Origin: a virus
Taxonomy: Duplodnaviria > Caudoviricetes
DNA length: 24,960 nucleotides
Virus record (IMG/VR): IMGVR_UViG_3300011423_000030
Location: 1-24,960 of that record
Direction: 5' to 3' (one strand)
Part shown: positions 24,008 through 24,960 of the stretch, one piece after another
Numbering within the stretch: the first letter of the stretch is position 1
How the letters are laid out: every line of letters starts with the position of its first letter
Position numbers and translations under genes: made by a program
The notes under the pieces: generated by a model
Database searches by the model: none
Told to the model about the DNA's origin: nothing
The model's input: only the letters and a program-made list of their open reading frames with translations

Positions 24008-24960
24008 ATGCCTAAAGCTCTCCTCTCACTCGATACCAAACCGGGCATCCAACGCGATGGGACTGTGCTCGACAAGCTCACCTATAACGATGGTGAGTGG
24101 GTACGGTTCCAACGTGGCAAGCCTCGGAAGATCAGTGGCTATCGGGAGATCACCGACGAGATGCACGGGCCTTCACGTGGCATCCATGTCGACTCGGCAG
24201 ATGGCATCAATCGCATCTTCAATGGCTTCCCGGAAGGCATGGAGAAGGTATCAGTGGACGCTGATGGGATAGGATCGGGACTCACTACCTATGACCTCGC
24301 TGCGGGGCCTGTGCTTACTCTGACCGTTACCGATCCCGGCTCAGGGCTCACTGATGGTGTCTACCCCGGTGTCTCGGCTACTGGCAACACTGGCTTCGGG
24401 GCTACCTTCACTGTCACTGTCTCAGGTGGAGTGGTCACCAACATCACGCTCACCAACTCAGGCAATGGTTACCAGCAGACACTGGGTATACCTGACCTCT
24501 TGATGACAATACCTGTATCGAGTATTGGTGGAATAGGGACGAGTCCATTAATCTCCATTGACGTAGTAGCGGCTGCATTCGTGGCAGATGAGCGTACCCT
24601 CTGGCAGATGGATGGGTACTTCGACGCTACTGGTGATGGCATGAACCTGATCGTGGCGCATCCCGGACAGAACCTCGTCTCGATAGACAACACGACCGAG
24701 ACTGCTGTGCTGGCCTTCGATCCTGCTGGCGTGATCTCACCTACCCTCGTGAATCCTCCCATGTATCCGCTCACCGATACTCAGGGTACGACTCCAACTG
24801 GCGACACCATCATGGTAAGTGGCGGGGTGGTAGTCCTCCATCCATACATCTTCGTGTACGGGGACAATGGCCTCATCAAGAACAACTCTGCCGGGAATGC
24901 ATTCGACTGGAACTCGCCTGACTCGAATGAAGCCAACGTATCGGCTCAGAAGATCGTCAA
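24008..24960 (+). CDS. Tail nozzle / head-stabilisation-like protein, truncated by the window end (not in the ORF track)
   Basis: Frame is open from ATG 24008 to the end: MPKALLSLDTKPGIQRDGT...DGEWVRFQRGKPRKISGY...HPYIFVYG.NGLI. Confidence 0.7.
   Translation, partial: MPKALLSLDTKPGIQRDGTVLDKLTYNDGEWVRFQRGKPRKISGYREITDEMHGPSRGIHVDSADGINRIFNGFPEGMEKVSVDADGIGSGLTTYDLAAGPVLTLTVTDPGSGLTDGVYPGVSATGNTGFGATFTVTVSGGVVTNITLTNSGNGYQQTLGIPDLLMTIPVSSIGGIGTSPLISIDVVAAAFVADERTLWQMDGYFDATGDGMNLIVAHPGQNLVSIDNTTETAVLAFDPAGVISPTLVNPPMYPLTDTQGTTPTGDTIMVSGGVVVLHPYIFVYGDNGLIKNNSAGNAFDWNSPDSNEANVSAQKIV
24535..24548. promoter_or_regulatory. Palindromic site 10, AGGGACGAGTCCAT (inside last gene)
   Basis: Shares AGGGACGAGTCC with site 8; AT-rich flanks (GAAT / TAAT). 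Confidence 0.7.

Larger units (their letters stand above)
1..24960 (+). mobile_element. Tailed dsDNA bacteriophage segment: replication/recombination genes followed by packaging, head and short-tail modules
   Basis: Co-oriented, tightly packed genes (ATGA/TAATG overlaps) include terminase, portal, capsid, adaptor-like and tail fibre genes. No host housekeeping genes, tape measure or sheath gene are seen in the window. Confidence 0.95.

Noticed and set aside
52-24548. Palindromic repeats as a CRISPR array, REP elements or intrinsic terminators
   Set aside because: Copies are kilobases apart with no spacer structure, are only 14 bp, and half lie inside coding regions. Most lack a U-tract and the stem would be only 5-6 bp.
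385-24774. Numerous minus-strand and nested ORFs in the track (e.g. 11106-11747, 13348-13884, 16887-17507, 18124-18636)
   Set aside because: They are shadows of well-supported + strand genes, with no motifs and atypical composition.
1-24960. Stop-codon reassignment, tRNA genes, integrase, introns or inteins
   Set aside because: TAA, TAG and TGA all end genes at tight junctions. Terminase, portal and capsid genes are uninterrupted. No cloverleaf or recombinase motif was seen.

Overview
This window is part of a tailed dsDNA phage genome (Caudoviricetes, podovirus-like layout, probable proteobacterial host judging from the SSB), with all credible genes on the + strand. Gene order: end of an upstream gene, YfdP-like, YfdQ/DUF2303, SSB, Zn-finger protein, terminase large subunit, RuvC-like resolvase, a 966-aa two-module protein, portal, two small ORFs, GroES-like co-chaperonin, Gp49-family protein, probable scaffold, head proteins and major capsid protein, two paralogous virion proteins, a 601-aa low-complexity protein, adaptor-like genes, a winged-helix-like insert, a 1093-aa tail fibre with four 110-aa repeats, and a truncated tail nozzle-like gene. 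Three signals are not explained by the gene list. (1) A 14-bp quasi-palindrome, RGGGACG(A/C/T)(G/T)TCCCY, occurs 10 times (5 intergenic, 5 inside genes in different codon phases). The largest gap is about 4.3 kb, and three copies sit exactly 2 nt after a TAA stop. (2) A peptide tag, [YMLKQ]-[AK]-[KEDT]-G-G-x-[VI], occurs about 11 times in two unrelated large proteins. (3) An isolated A9G slippery run lies in a sequence that otherwise largely avoids A-tracts. Family assignments come from motif recognition only; no searches were run.
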